A stretch of DNA of 64,000 nt from Octopus sinensis (GCF_006345805.1 NC_043011.1:54386464-54450463); one strand, 5' to 3'. Positions 1-12,819 are shown, counted from the first letter of the stretch. The notes: a model not told the origin generated them from the sequence alone. A program made the numbers and translations.

Positions 1-242
1 GTACCTATCCTATCAGCCTCTTTTGCCAAACTGCAAAGTAATGGGGGCATAAACACACTAAAATAAAGACACACACTCACACACACACACATACACATAC
101 ACATATGAGATAAATAAAGTTTCTAGTATATTCTATCTTCTGTATCCATGGTTTCTATTATAAAAGGATAAAATTGTTAAAAATGTTATCAGTGGTCAGC
201 AAATAGAAAAAGATAGACCTATTAAGGTGAAATTATAAATAC

Positions 243-452
243 AATTATTATTAAGGACATAGGAAAAATTCTTGCCTATATGCAGAAAGGAGACACTAAA
301 TCATCAAACCACATTAAATATCATCACTCTTATTATTTTGACGCATGTGTAATAATAATAATGAGGATGATGATATTTAATTTGGTTCAATGATAGAGTG
401 TCTCCTTTCAGCATATAGGCAAGAATTTTTTTCTATGCTCTTAATCATAATT
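243..452. repeat. Imperfect inverted repeat, ~83-bp arms around a ~43-bp spacer
   Basis: 243-325 (aattattattaaggacatagg...aaatatcatc) matches the reverse complement of 369-452 at roughly 85% by eye. Confidence 0.85.
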
Positions 453-479
453 TTACATATATATATATTTTTCTTTAAG

Positions 480-761
480 CACCCTTTTCAAGCCTAGCCA
501 GGCCCATAGGCCCAGTTTCTCGGTTTCTATGGCGTATGTGTGTCCCCCCACCCAGCGTTACTCAAGAAACAGGAAGAAAGAGTGAGAGAAAGTTGGGATG
601 AAAGAGTACAACAGAGGTCGCCACCAACCCCTGCCAGAGCCTCGTGGAGCTTTTAGGTGTTTTCGCTCAATAAACAGACAAAACGCCCGGTCTTGGAATC
701 GAAACCGCAATCCTCCGACCGTGAGTCTGCTGCCCTAACCACTGGACTATTGCGCCTCCAC
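480..761 (-). mobile_element. tRNA-derived SINE, family D
   Basis: The minus strand reads GTGGAGGCGCAATAGTCCAGTGGTTAGGGCAGC (A box) ... GGTTTCGATTCC (B box). Related copies lie at ~17600-17886 and ~19390-19697. Confidence 0.85.
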
Positions 762-776
762 ACACATATATATATA

Positions 777-812
<36 letters not shown>

Positions 813-987
813 CATTCCAGAGTGTATATAAATATATATATATATAGGATAATTCATTCACCTATTTATATATATATATATATATAAACGTTAAACCCTC
901 CTTCTTCCCTTCTTTCCTGAGCGTCCAATAATACTTTATTTGTTCCACATCCTTGTGTTGTTGTCTTTTTGTTTTCTTGTTGGATTA

Positions 988-1039
<52 letters not shown>

Positions 1040-1678
1040 ATGGGCTTCTCTCAGTTTCTGTCAAACAAATCCACTCACAAGGCTTTGGTTGACCTGAAGC
1101 TATGCTAACAAAAAAAAACTGATGCCCAAGGTGCAACACAGCAGGACTGAACCCGGAACCATATCGTCGGGAAGCGAGCATCTTACCACACAGCCACGCC
1201 AGTATGTAAGATAGATAGACAGATAGATACATAAACGGCTAGATGCACACATGCTTAAAGAGACAGAAAAGATATGAATATAGATATGTATATAAGTAAA
1301 CTGATATTGAGCGGAGAGAGAGAGATGTATGAATTTATATTGTATCTTATTTAGTAGGCCTGCAGCTATGCAGATCACAAAATAGCAAGGAAGACAAGCA
1401 AACGCCCACATAAACGCAACAGTTATATATGAACATACCTGGATATGTCAGGACACCCACATGAATGTCTAAATGGAATTTTATGAGTGGAGCTGGGACT
1501 ATCTGGAGCCCAAACACCTATATACATGTCCAGTTTGTTATTTATCCCGTACGGGGGGTGGTTCGGAAATGTCACATCAATGCTCATGTGCAAATATTTA
1601 TTCGCCATTACGTAACATATACACATACATGTATGTATAATCATTATACATATAATACGTCTGTGAGTATAATGTGCA

Positions 1679-1730
<52 letters not shown>

Positions 1731-1831
1731 TATACACACACACACATATATATACATATGTACACCCACACACACAAATAACTATTAACTATGAGTGGGC
1801 GTATGTATGTATCTATATGTGTGTGTGTATG

Positions 1832-1870
<39 letters not shown>

Positions 1871-2623
1871 GATTCATAAATAGCCATACATGAGTATATA
1901 TACACACACATGCACAAATAAGTATACATGGATATATCTGTGTGTGTGTGTTTATATACTCATGTATAGCTATTTATGCATCTATATATATATATATATA
2001 TAGATATACACACACACATATAGATACATACATACGCCCACTCATAGTTATTTGTGTGTGTGGGTGTACATATGTATATATATGTGTGTGTGTGTGTTTA
2101 TATACACACACACATGCACAAATAACTACACATGTATATATGTATGTATGTATGTATGTGTGTGTGTGTGTGTGCGTGCGTGTGTGTGTGTATGTGTGTA
2201 TGTATGTATGCATATTTGTATGTATGTGCAAGTATAGCTTAGTTAAGAATTTTACTTTGTAACCTTGCATTTTCAGGTTCAATTACAGAGAATGGCACCA
2301 TGGCCAAGGGTTTTCCACTGGAGCTTCGAACTGGACTTGTCAGTCGAAGGACCAGCTTTGCTGCCCAGTAGGTCACATTGGTCCTACTTGCAAATTAGAT
2401 AGATAAATATCTGTTTATCTATTTATCTACCAACCTATCTATTTAACTCTCTTTATCTGTTTATCTATCTATCTACTTATCTCTATCTCTCTCTATCTAC
2501 CTGCCTATCCACCCTCCTCTCTCTATCTATCTATCTATCTAGCTAGCTAGTTAGCTACAAAAAATTCAGGGTGAATACTTGATAATTGTAAGCACCTGTA
2601 TATGCCATTTAGTGGTGTAGGTG

Positions 2624-2725
2624 ATAGAGTATATTTATCAAAATAAAAACATGATGCAAAAGCCAGAAACATATGTACCGCTAAATCCTTTGCATCATGT
2701 TTTTATTTTGATAAATATATCTATC
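2624..2725. repeat. Hairpin with perfect 31-bp stem and 28-nt loop
   Basis: 2630-2660 (tatatttatcaaaataaaaacatgatgcaaa) is the exact reverse complement of 2689-2719. Confidence 0.9.
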
Positions 2726-2843
2726 GAGCTAGTTAGGTAGCTAGCTGTCTAACCATCTATTTATTTATAAATCTGTCTGTCTATCTATTTGTGTCAATTA
2801 AGATGGAAAACTATGGACAGATATCTGTAATACTCTTTACTCT

Positions 2844-3043
2844 TTTACTTGTTTCAGTCATTTGACTGCGGCCATGCTGAAGCACCGCCTTTAGTCGAGC
2901 AAATCAACCCCGGGACTTATTCTTTGTAAGCCCAGTACTTATTCTATCGGTCTCTTTTTGCCGAACCGCTAAGTGACGGAGACGTAAACACACCAGCATC
3001 GGTTGTCAAGCAATGCTAGGGGGACAAACACAGACACACAAAC

Positions 3044-3076
<33 letters not shown>

Positions 3077-3249
3077 CATATATATGACAGGCTTCTTTCA
3101 GTTTCCGTCTACCAAATCCACTCACAAGGCATTGGTCGGCCCGGGGCTATAGCAGAAGACACTTGCCCAAGGTGCAACGCAATGGGACTGAACCCAGAAC
3201 CATGTGGTTGGTTGGCAAGCTACTTACCACACAGCCACTCCTGCGCCTA
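2844..3249 (-). mobile_element. tRNA-derived CORE-like SINE, family A (full length)
   Basis: The minus strand has head GGCGCAGGAGTGGCTGTGTGGTAAG (A box), GGTTCAGTCCCA (B box), CCTTGGGCAAGTG (CORE-like), an internal (TA)/(CA) microsatellite and tail ...GCAGTCAAATGACTGAAACAAGTAA. About 18 copies occur in the window. Confidence 0.9.
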
Positions 3250-3514
3250 ATACAGTTTCTTTGTGACACAGTTCTACATTCCTCAAAACTTACACTTTTG
3301 AAAACCACATAAATGTGAAACCTATTTAGTTTATAAATTTGAATTTAAATAAATCTTCATAAATATACTCTCTCTGCATATTCAACTTCATTTATTTCTT
3401 ATATATATATATATATATAGATATATATATATATATATATATAACCACATATAGATACACACATAATAAACATGTCTATATATTCTGAGTATTCCAGACA
3501 TATCTTAATTTATT

Positions 3515-4112
3515 TCTGTTCTAGGCACAAGGCCTGAATTTTTGGGGAAGAAACCAGTCGATTAGATCAACCCCATCATGCAGCTGGTACTTAATTTATC
3601 GACCTTGAAAGGATGAAAGGTAAAGTCGACCTTGGTGGAATTTGAACTCAGAACATCAAGACAAGTGAAATACTGAAAAGCATTTCGCCCCGCGTGCTAA
3701 CGTTTCTGCCAGCTTGCTGCCTTTATTCTTTTCTACTCTAAGCACAAGGCCCAAATTTTTTTTTTGGGTGGGGGGGCAGTCAACTAAATCGACCCCAGTA
3801 TGCAACTGGTACTTAATTTATCGATCCCAAAAGAATGAAAGGCAAAGTCGACCTCAGCGGAATTTGAACTCAGAACATAAAGACAGATGAAATACCTATT
3901 TCTTTAAACACAGAGGGGACAGACAAGGACAGACAAACGGATTAAGTCGAATATATTGACCCCAGTACGTAACTGGTAATTATTTAATTGACCCCAAAAG
4001 GATGAAAGGCAAAGTCGACCTCGGCAGAATTTGAACTCAGAACGTAGCTGCAGATGAAATACCGCTAAGCATTTCGCTCGGCGTGCTAACGTTTCTGACA
4101 GCTTGCTGCCTT
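3515..4112 (-). mobile_element. Cluster of three family-B tRNA-derived SINE units
   Basis: Repeated GGCAGCAAGCTG(G/T)CAGAAACGTTAGCACG head, GAGTTCAAATTC B box and GTCGACTTT(G/A)CCTTTCAT(C/T)CTT body on the minus strand. Confidence 0.9.
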
Positions 4113-5038
4113 CCAAATGTATCTTAATGTAATCCTTATATTGTCCCTTTCCATACACAGTATTTAAAATGGAAAAATATATATTTATATATGCTTTGTG
4201 ATTTCAATTTTGTTTGTGAAATGAAACAATTGTAGGTAAATAACTTAATTATTCAATTAATTTATATCAATTAGATCTCTCTGTTTTCTAACTGGCTCCC
4301 ATTCTGGTGGCATGTAAAAAGCACTATCTGAGTGTGGTTGAAGCCAGTGCCGCCTGACTGGCCCCTGTGCTGGTGGCACGTAAAAAGCACCCACTACACT
4401 CTTAGAGTGGTTGGCATTAGGAAGGGCATCCAGCTCTAGAAACCTTGCCAGATCAGACTAGAGCCTGGTGCAGCCACCTGAATTGCCAGTCCTCAGTCAA
4501 CCCGTCCAACCCATGCCAGCATGGAAAGTGGACATTAACCCTTTAGCTACTGTATTTATTTTGAGATGCTGTTTCTTTCAATTACTTTAAATATAACAAA
4601 GAATTTAGTAAAATAACTTAGTTATCATTCAGCTAGTGTTAGGAATAAAAATTGTGACTAAGACTTGGTGGAAGATTTTAATTCAAAACTTATGGAAACA
4701 TGACATTTGTACTGAGAGCCAGAGCTGGTTTCAGCTGGATTGGTAACAAAAGGGTTAAACAATGATGGTGATGATGATGATATATCGCCACCATCCTCAC
4801 CAATTAACATCCTTGTTCCATACTGGCATGGCTTAGATGGTTTGATAGAACCCCGTGGGTCAAAGGACTGCATCATGCTCCAATGTCTGCTTTGACATGG
4901 TTTCTACAGCTGGATGCCTTTCCTGACACCAACCACTCTACAGTGTGTACTGGGTGGTTTTTATGTAGCACCAGCACTAGTGATATTGCCATGTTGCTCG
5001 CAAACCTACAGCTTCATAGTCAGCTCCTATTTCCTGGT

Positions 5039-5078
5039 ATTTCAATATTTCAGGATTAGGACTCCTTCTTCAGGAAAT
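5039..5078 (-). ncRNA. Degenerate minimal type I hammerhead ribozyme motif
   Basis: Minus strand: AUUUC CUGAAGA AGGA-gucctaa-UCCU GAA AUAU U GAAAU. Stem I is 5 bp and stem II 4 bp; stem III is 2 nt shorter than in the partner copy. Confidence 0.6.
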
Positions 5079-5124
5079 CTTTGGAGAAATGATACTGTAT
5101 GCTCACAACACCGTTTCTCTGACA

Positions 5125-5165
5125 ATTTCCTGAAGAAGGGTCCCTATCCTCAAAATATTCGAAAT
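5125..5165 (+). ncRNA. Degenerate minimal type I hammerhead ribozyme motif (G12 to C)
   Basis: AUUUC CUGAAGA AGGG-ucccua-UCCU cAA AAUAUU C GAAAU, with palindromic stem III AAUAUU, a UUC triplet and a 5-bp stem I. Confidence 0.65.
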
Positions 5166-5248
5166 ACAAGGTTAAAAATACTAATCATTATCCAGTAATA
5201 TTTCTTATAACTTACACTGTTTTTCCCTTATAAGAAAAATTAAAAACA

Positions 5249-5291
<43 letters not shown>

Positions 5292-5777
5292 TGTTTGTTA
5301 GTTCCTTCTCGAACCACGTCTGGCTCATAAGGGCCGGTTTCCCGGTTTCCTTGGCGTATAGGTTCCCCACCTATGATATATATATCATCATCATCATCAT
5401 CATCATTTAACGTCCGCTTTCCATGCTGGCATGGGTTGGACGGTTCAACTGGAGTCTGGGAAGCCAGAAGGCTGCACCAGGCCCAGTCTGCAGGCAAAGC
5501 TTCAAGCAAACTAATAACCTCATATATATATATATACACATGTATGTGCGTGTGTGTAGAGTGTTTGAAGCAGTGTACAAATTTTATTGATTAAGAAAAA
5601 GGAGGTAGTTAGAATTTTGGATAATTATTTGTTTTATGCTTTCATCTCATTCTTGATGAATCTCTGAAACAAGATGAAAGTGCCAAATACCTAATTATCC
5701 AAAATTCTGACCACCTCCTTTTCCTTAATGTGGACGTGTGTGTGTGTGTGTGTGTGTGTGCATACACATGCACTCAC

Positions 5778-8700
5778 AAGCAAAGCTTTGTGTGGTTAAG
5801 AAGTTTGCTTCCTAATCAGAGGGGCCTTAGGTTGATCAAAGCCTCATAAGTGGATTTGGTAGATGGAAAATGAAAGAAGCCCATTGTGTACATGCATGTG
5901 TGTGTTTGTGCTTCTGTCTCCTTCTTTTGACAATGCACACTAATTGTAGACAAATGTAAGAGTCATACAAGTGGTGGTCATATATTTGCAATCTTCCATG
6001 AAAACATGTTTGGCCATTGAGTTGTTTGTCAATCTTCCATGAAAACATGTTTGGCCATTGAGCTGTTCGTCAATCTTCCATGAAAACATGTTTGGCCATT
6101 GAGCTGTTCGTCAATCTTCCATGAAGACATGTTTGGCCATTGAGCTGTTCGTCAATCTTCCATGAAAACATGTTTAGCCATTGAGCTGTTCGTCAATCTT
6201 CCATGAAGACATGTTTGGCCATTGAGCTGTTCGTCAATCTCCATGAAAACATGTTTGGCCATTGAGCTGTTCGTCAATCTTCCATGAAGACATGTTTGGC
6301 CATTGAGCTGTTCGTCAATCTTCCATAAAACATGTTTGGCCATTGAGCTGTTCGTCAATCTTCCATGAAAACATGTTGGCCATTGAGCTGTTCGTCAATC
6401 TTCCATGAAAACATGTTTGGCCATTGAGCTGTTCGTCAATCTTCCATGAAGACATGTTTGGCCATTGAGCTGTTCGTCAATCTTCCATGAAGACATGTTT
6501 GGCCATTGAGCTGTTCGTCAATCTTCCATGAAAACATGTTTGGCCACTTGAGCTGTTCGTCAATCTTCCATGAAAACATGTTTGGCCTTGAGCTGTTCGT
6601 CAATCTTCCATGAAGACATGTTTGGCCATTGAGCTGTTCGTCAATCTTCCATGAAGACATGTTGGCCATTGAGCTGTTCGTCAATCTTCCATGAAGACAT
6701 GTTTGGCCATTGAGCTGTTCGTCAATCTTCCATGAAAACATGTTTGGCCATTGAGCTGTTCGTCAATCTTCCATGAAGACATGTTGTGGCCATTGAGCTG
6801 TTCGTCAATCTTCCATGAAGACATGTTTGGCCATTGAGCTGTTCGTCATCTTCCATGAAGACATGTTTGGCCATTGAGCTGTTCGTCAATCTTCATGAAA
6901 ACATGTTTGGCCATTGATGTCTGCCATGTGTGGTGGCCATTGAGCTGTTCGTCAATCTTCCATGAGACATGTTTGGCCATTGAGCTGTTCGTCAATCTTC
7001 CATGAAAACATGTTTGGCCATTGAGCTGTTCGTCAATCTTCCATGAAGACATGTTTGGCCATTGAGCTGTTCGTCAATCTTCCATGAAAACATGTTTGGC
7101 CATTGAGCTGTTCGTCAATCTTCCATGAAGACATGTTTGGCCATTGAGCTGTTCGTCAATCTTCCATGAAAACATGTTTGGCCATTGAGCTGTTCGTCAA
7201 TCTTCCATGAAGACATGTTTGGCCATTGAGCTGTTCGTCAATCTTCCATGAAGACATGTTTGGCCATTGAGCTGTTCGTCAATCTTCCATGAAGACATGT
7301 TTGGCCATTGAGCTGTTCGTCAATCTTCCATGAAAACATGTTTGGCCATTGAGCTGTTCGTCAATCTTCCATGAAGACATGTTTGGCCATTGAGCTGTTC
7401 GTCAATCTTCCATGAAAACATGTTTGGCCATTGAGCTGTTCGTCAATCTCCATGAAGACATGTTTGCCATTGAGCTGTTCGTCAATCTTCCATGAAAACA
7501 TGTTGGCCATTGAGCTGTTCGTCAATCTTCCATGAAGACATGTTTGGCCATTGAGCTGTTCGTCAATCTTCCATGAAGACATATTTTGGCCATTGAGCTG
7601 GCTTCGTCAATCTTCCATGAAGACATGTTTGGCCATTGAGCTGTTCGTCAATCTTCCATGAAAACATGTTTGGCCATTGAGCTGTTCGTCATCTTCCATG
7701 AAGACATGTTTGGCCATTGAGCTGTTCGTCAATCTTCCATGAAAACAATGTTTGGCCATTGAGCTGTTCGTCAATCTCCATGAAGACATGTTTGGCCATT
7801 GAGCTGTTCGTCAATCTTCCATGAAAACATGTTTGGCCATTGAGCTGTTCGTCAATCTTCCATGAAGACATGTTTGGCCATTGAGCTGTTCGTCAATTTC
7901 CATGAAAACATGTTTGGCCATTGAGCTGTTCGTCAATCTTCCATGAAGACATGTTTGGCCCTTGAGCTGTTCGTCAATCTTCCATGAAGACATGTTTGGC
8001 CATTGAGCTGTTCGTCAATCTTCCATGAACATGTTTGGCCATTGAGCTGTTCGTCAATCTTCCATGAAAACATGTTTGGCCATTGAGCTGTTCGTCAATC
8101 TTCCATGAAGACATGTTTGGCCATTGAGTTGTTCGTCAATCTTCCATGAAAACATGTTTGGCCATTGAGCGGTTTCGTCAATCTTCCATGAAAACATGTT
8201 TGGCCATTGAGCTGTTCGTCAATCTTCCATGAAGACATGTTTGGCCATTGAGCTTGTTCGTCACTTCCATGAAGACATGTTTGGCCATTGAGCTGTTCGT
8301 CAATCTTCCATGAAAACATGTTTGGCCATTGAGCTGTTCGTCAATCTTCCATGAAGACATGTTTGGCCATTGAGCTGTTCGTCAATCTTCCATGAAGACA
8401 TGTTTGGCCATTGAGCTGTTCGTCAATCTTCCATGAAGACATGTTTGGCCATTGAGCTGTTCGTCAATCTTCCATGAAAACATGTTTGGCCATTGAGCTG
8501 TTCGTCAATCTTCCATGAAGACTGTTTGGCCATTGAGTTGTTCGTCAATCTTCCATGAAAACATGTTTGGCCATTGAGCTGTTCGTCAATCTTCCATGAA
8601 AACATGTGTTGGCCATTGAACTGTTCGTCATCTTCCATGAAAACATGTTTGGCCCTTGAGCTGTTCGTTAATCTTCCATGAAGACATGTGTTGGCCATTG

Positions 8701-9870
8701 AGCTGTTCGTCAATCTTCCATGAAGACATGTTTGGCCATTGAGCTGTTCGTCAATCTTCCATGAAGACATGTTTGGCCATTGAGCGTTCGTCAACTTCCA
8801 TGAAGACTGTTTGGCCATTGAGCTGTTCGTCAATCTTCCATGAAGACATGTTTGGCCATTGAGCTGTTCGTCAATCTTCCATGAAAACATGTTTGGCCAT
8901 TGAGCTGTTCGTCAATCTTCCATGAAGACATGTTTGGCCATTGAGTTGTTCCAATCTTCCATGAAAACATGTTTGGCCATTGAGCTGTTCGTCAATCTTC
9001 CATGAAAACATGTTTGGCCATTGAGCTGTTCGTCAATCTTCCATGAAGACATGTTTGGCCATTGAGTTGTTCGTCAATCTTCCATGAAAACATGTTTGGC
9101 CATTGAGCTGTTCGTCAATCTTCCATGAAAACATGTTTGGCCATTGAGCTGTTCGTCAATCTTCCATGAAAACATGTTTGGCCATTGAGCTGTTCGTCAA
9201 TCTTCCATGAAAACATGTTTGGCCATTGAGCTGTTCGTCAATCTTCCATGAAAACATGTTTGGCCATTGAGCTGTTCGTCATCTTCCATGAAAACATGTT
9301 TGGCCATTGAGCTGTTCGTCAATCTTCCATGAAAACATGTTTGGCCATTGAGCTGTTCGTCAATCTTCCTGAAAACATGTTTGGCCATTGAGCTGTTCGT
9401 CAATCTTCCATGAAAACATGTTTGGCCATTGAGCTGTTCGTCAATCTTCCATGAAAACATGTTTGGCCATTGAGCTGTTCGTCAATCTTCCATGAAAACA
9501 TGTTTGGCCATTGAGCTGTTCGTCAATCTTCCATGAAAACATGTTTGGCCATTGAGCTGTTCGTCAATCTTCCATGAAAACATGTTGGCCATTGAGCTGT
9601 TCGTCAATCTTCCATGAAAACATGTTTGGCCATTGAGCTGTTCGTCAATCTTCCATGAAAACATGTTTGGCCATTGAGCTGTTCGTCAATCTTCCATGAA
9701 AACATGTTTGGCCATTGAGCTGTTCGTCAATCTTCCATGAAAACATGTTTGGCCATTGAGCTGTTCGTCAATCTTCCATGAAAACATGTTTGGCCATTGA
9801 GCTGTTCGTGTTCGAAGAACTGGCAACAGGAAGAGTATCTGGCCACAGGAAACTTGCTTCACAAACATGG
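5778..9870 (+). mobile_element. Degraded family-A-related SINE split by a satellite array
   Basis: Head tgtgtggttaagaagtttgcttcc...gtggatttggtagatggaaaatgaaagaagccc at 5778-5880. The tail tggcaacaggaagag resumes right after the array at ~9821 and matches the reverse complement of 12244-12258. Confidence 0.7.
5990..9809. repeat. Tandem satellite, 41-bp unit AATCTTCCATGAA(A/G)ACATGTTTGGCCATTGAGCTGTTCGTC, about 93 units
   Basis: Directly visible head-to-tail repetition without spacers over ~3820 bp. Confidence 0.98.
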
Positions 9871-10476
9871 GAAAGTAAATGTTAAAATGATAATGATGAT
9901 TGTGTGTGTGTGTATATTGCATATATACACATACAGATATAGACTCGTTTACATATAGCCATATTCAGATTCACATACAGCTATACAAATTCATGCATAC
10001 TCACACATGTATATCCGGTATACTCGCAAACATACACGACTGCATACAAACATACATACAAACATACAAATACAGACATGCATATGTAGTCATACACACA
10101 GATACAGACATGCATATTTAGTAATATACACACTGACACACTTCTAAACACACACACACACACACACACACACGTTACCATGGAAACATATTACATCATC
10201 TCCTCCTCCACTATTTTGATATAACACACCCTCTTACCCACTCACATCATTTCTTGATTTAGAGACTTCACACAGACATCTTATATATATATGTATATAT
10301 ATATATATATATATATAAGATGTCTATATATATTACATGCATATATAGACACACACACTTTTATATATGTATTTCATTTGATATATAAATACACACAAAT
10401 CTACTCACACCCATATATATATATAACCATAAATATATATATCCATATATATATATATCCATATATATATATATCC

Positions 10477-10509
<33 letters not shown>

Positions 10510-10679
10510 CACACACACACAAACATGAGTGTATGTGTTCAAATATCTATGCAAGTATAGATATACACTGATGGTATATTCATAAATACACACACACACA
10601 CACACACACACATACCTATCTTCACCAAGATTACTGACCCCTAATTTAAGGATGACATTTTTTTTTTATGTCCTTTATA

Positions 10680-10747
10680 TGGTGGTGGTGGTGGTGGCAG
10701 TGGTCATAGCAGCAGCAACAGTGGCAGTGACAGAATTGTTGAGGTGT

Positions 10748-10790
<43 letters not shown>

Positions 10791-10820
10791 GGTGGTGGTG
10801 GTGGTGGTGGCAGTGGTAGT
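10680..10820. repeat. Compound (GGT)n/(AGT)n/(GCA)n trinucleotide microsatellite
   Basis: Visible directly; a similar (GCA)n(GTA)n tract lies at ~24460-24545. Confidence 0.9.
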
Positions 10821-12394
10821 GAGAGTAGCGGGGGAGATGCTGTATATAAATAGGGTGTCAATTTAGGGAGCAGTACTCAGTAATACAACTATTTTATGGT
10901 AATAGGCAATTTAGGGAAAAGGAAAAGAGGAGAGGGGAAAAGACCGGAGGGGGGGAGTCACCCCACCCCCAAACACCCACCCACCCCGCCATCATCTCCA
11001 CTTTATGTCTTTATTGTTACAGTGGCCATAATTTAGGTATGGTGGTGGTGGTGGTCATGGTGGTGGAAGTAAATATCATATCCCTGATACATATTTAAGG
11101 TGTTTATTGCGGGCCATCAAGGAAAGCAAGGGTTTATATCCGCGGCTTTCTTTTACGTTTTTGCTGAGTTTTTTTTTCTTGTTTGTATATACTTTTATTG
11201 TTGTTGTTTTGTTTTGTTTTTTTTGTTTTATGGTAATAAGAGGGAAGGATTAAGTTTTTATGACAAAGTGATAAGGATTAATTACTGTAATTTAGGGAGA
11301 TTTCTTGACAGAGAGAGAGAGAGAGAGGGAGAACGTGGGGCGGTTAGCTTAGGGAGCGCAGGGGCTGGAAATAGAGACAAATTAAGGAATCACTTTTGCC
11401 ACAGGAGAAGTGATGATTTAGGGATAACCTCTGCTCTACCCAACCACCGACAAACCCCCTGTTTTCTTTGTCCTTCTCCCTTCGCTTTTCTACCGCTGCT
11501 AACCTTCCTTACATCTTTCTACAGAGGAAGAAGGAATTTAAAACGGGGCTCCTGGAAGAAGCAAAGGTGGGGAGACAGGAAGGGGGGAAGGACAGCAACC
11601 GATTCCAAGTTGATATTGGATGGAGCGCCTTTCTTCTTGTGTGTGTGTGTGTGTGCATGGTGATAATTAATATATTCAAGAGTGTGAGATATAGTTTATA
11701 GCATAATAACACAGGGATTAGTGTTATGACAAAGTGATTGGCTCAATTACTGTCATTGAAAGGAATTTATTATTCCAAAAGATGAGGCTGCAGAATCAAA
11801 GTATTAAGGGTTCATTTCTGCTAATGTACCAATGATTTAAGGGGTGCAGGTTGGGGGCCCTCACTCCTGGTTTTTTTTTTTTGTTGTTTTTCTTTTGTTA
11901 TATGTGATATTGGTGTTATCGTATGTTTCAGTGATTAACTTCTGTAGAATGATATCGTAATTATTCAGTGCAATATCATTCTGGTATTATCTATAAATTG
12001 ATGATATAGGAAATTAACAATTATCAATTAACGGTCAATAATATCTATAGTAAAAAGACAAAACACGAAAAAAAGAAACAAAAAATTCTGTCATTTGCAC
12101 AAAAACACAACTTGTAATAGTCAATGATATCAACATGAAAGGAAATGTTGACCTCTCTGGGATTTGAACTCGGAACAGCTCTCACCAAATATAGTGATGC
12201 AGATATTTTGCCCAGCATTAACTATGCTGCCAATCTTCCAGATGCTCTTCCTGTTGCCAACCTTCACCTGTTTCCAAGTAAGGGTGATATTTCTCCATGG
12301 TCAGACACTGCATGTCAACAGAGACACACCCCATGAAATCAAAGCAAGGAGACAGTAATACGTACATGCTTGCATGTACACATACATATACTCT

Positions 12395-12584
12395 TTTACC
12401 TCTTTTCCTTGTTTCAGTCATTTGACTGCGGCCATGCTGGAGCACCGCCTTTAGTCGAGAAAATCGACCCCAGGACTTATTCTTTGTAAGCCTAGTACTT
12501 ATTCTAACAGTCTCTTTGTGCAACCGCTAAGTTACGGGGACGTAAACACACCAGCATCAGTTGTCAAGCGATGGACAAACACAA

Positions 12585-12617
<33 letters not shown>

Positions 12618-12797
12618 CATATACATGTATATATGACGGGCTTCTTTCAGTTTCCAGCTACCAAATCCACTCACAAGGCTTTGGTCGGCCCGAGTCTATA
12701 GTAGAAGACACTTGCCCAAGGTGCCACGCAGTGGGACTGAACCCAGAACCATGTGGTTGGTAAGCAAGCTACTTACCACACAGCCACTCCTGTGCCT
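12395..12797 (-). mobile_element. Family-A SINE
   Basis: Same head, CORE-like segment and tail as 2844-3249. Confidence 0.9.
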
Positions 12798-12819
12798 ATA
12801 TATATACACATATGCAAGG

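Larger units (their letters stand above)
4300..5495. mobile_element. Fragments of family-C SINE/LINE-tail repeats with (GAT)n tails, both orientations
   Basis: TGGCACGTAAAAAGCACCCACTACACTC...GGAAGGGCATCCAGC...CCAACCCATGCCAGCATGGAAAG at ~4300-4535 (+), ~4790-4990 (-) and ~5393-5495 (-). Further copies lie near 19195, 34065, 49100, 50130 and 57640. Confidence 0.8.

Noticed and set aside
5990-9809. CRISPR-like array or repeat-protein ORFs (MFSWKIDEQLNGQT...)
   Set aside because: There are no unique spacers and the context is eukaryotic. The 41-bp unit is not a multiple of 3, so the ORFs just cycle through frames and stop.
10850-11430. Scattered TTAGGG as interstitial telomeric repeat
   Set aside because: The hexamers are isolated and not tandem.
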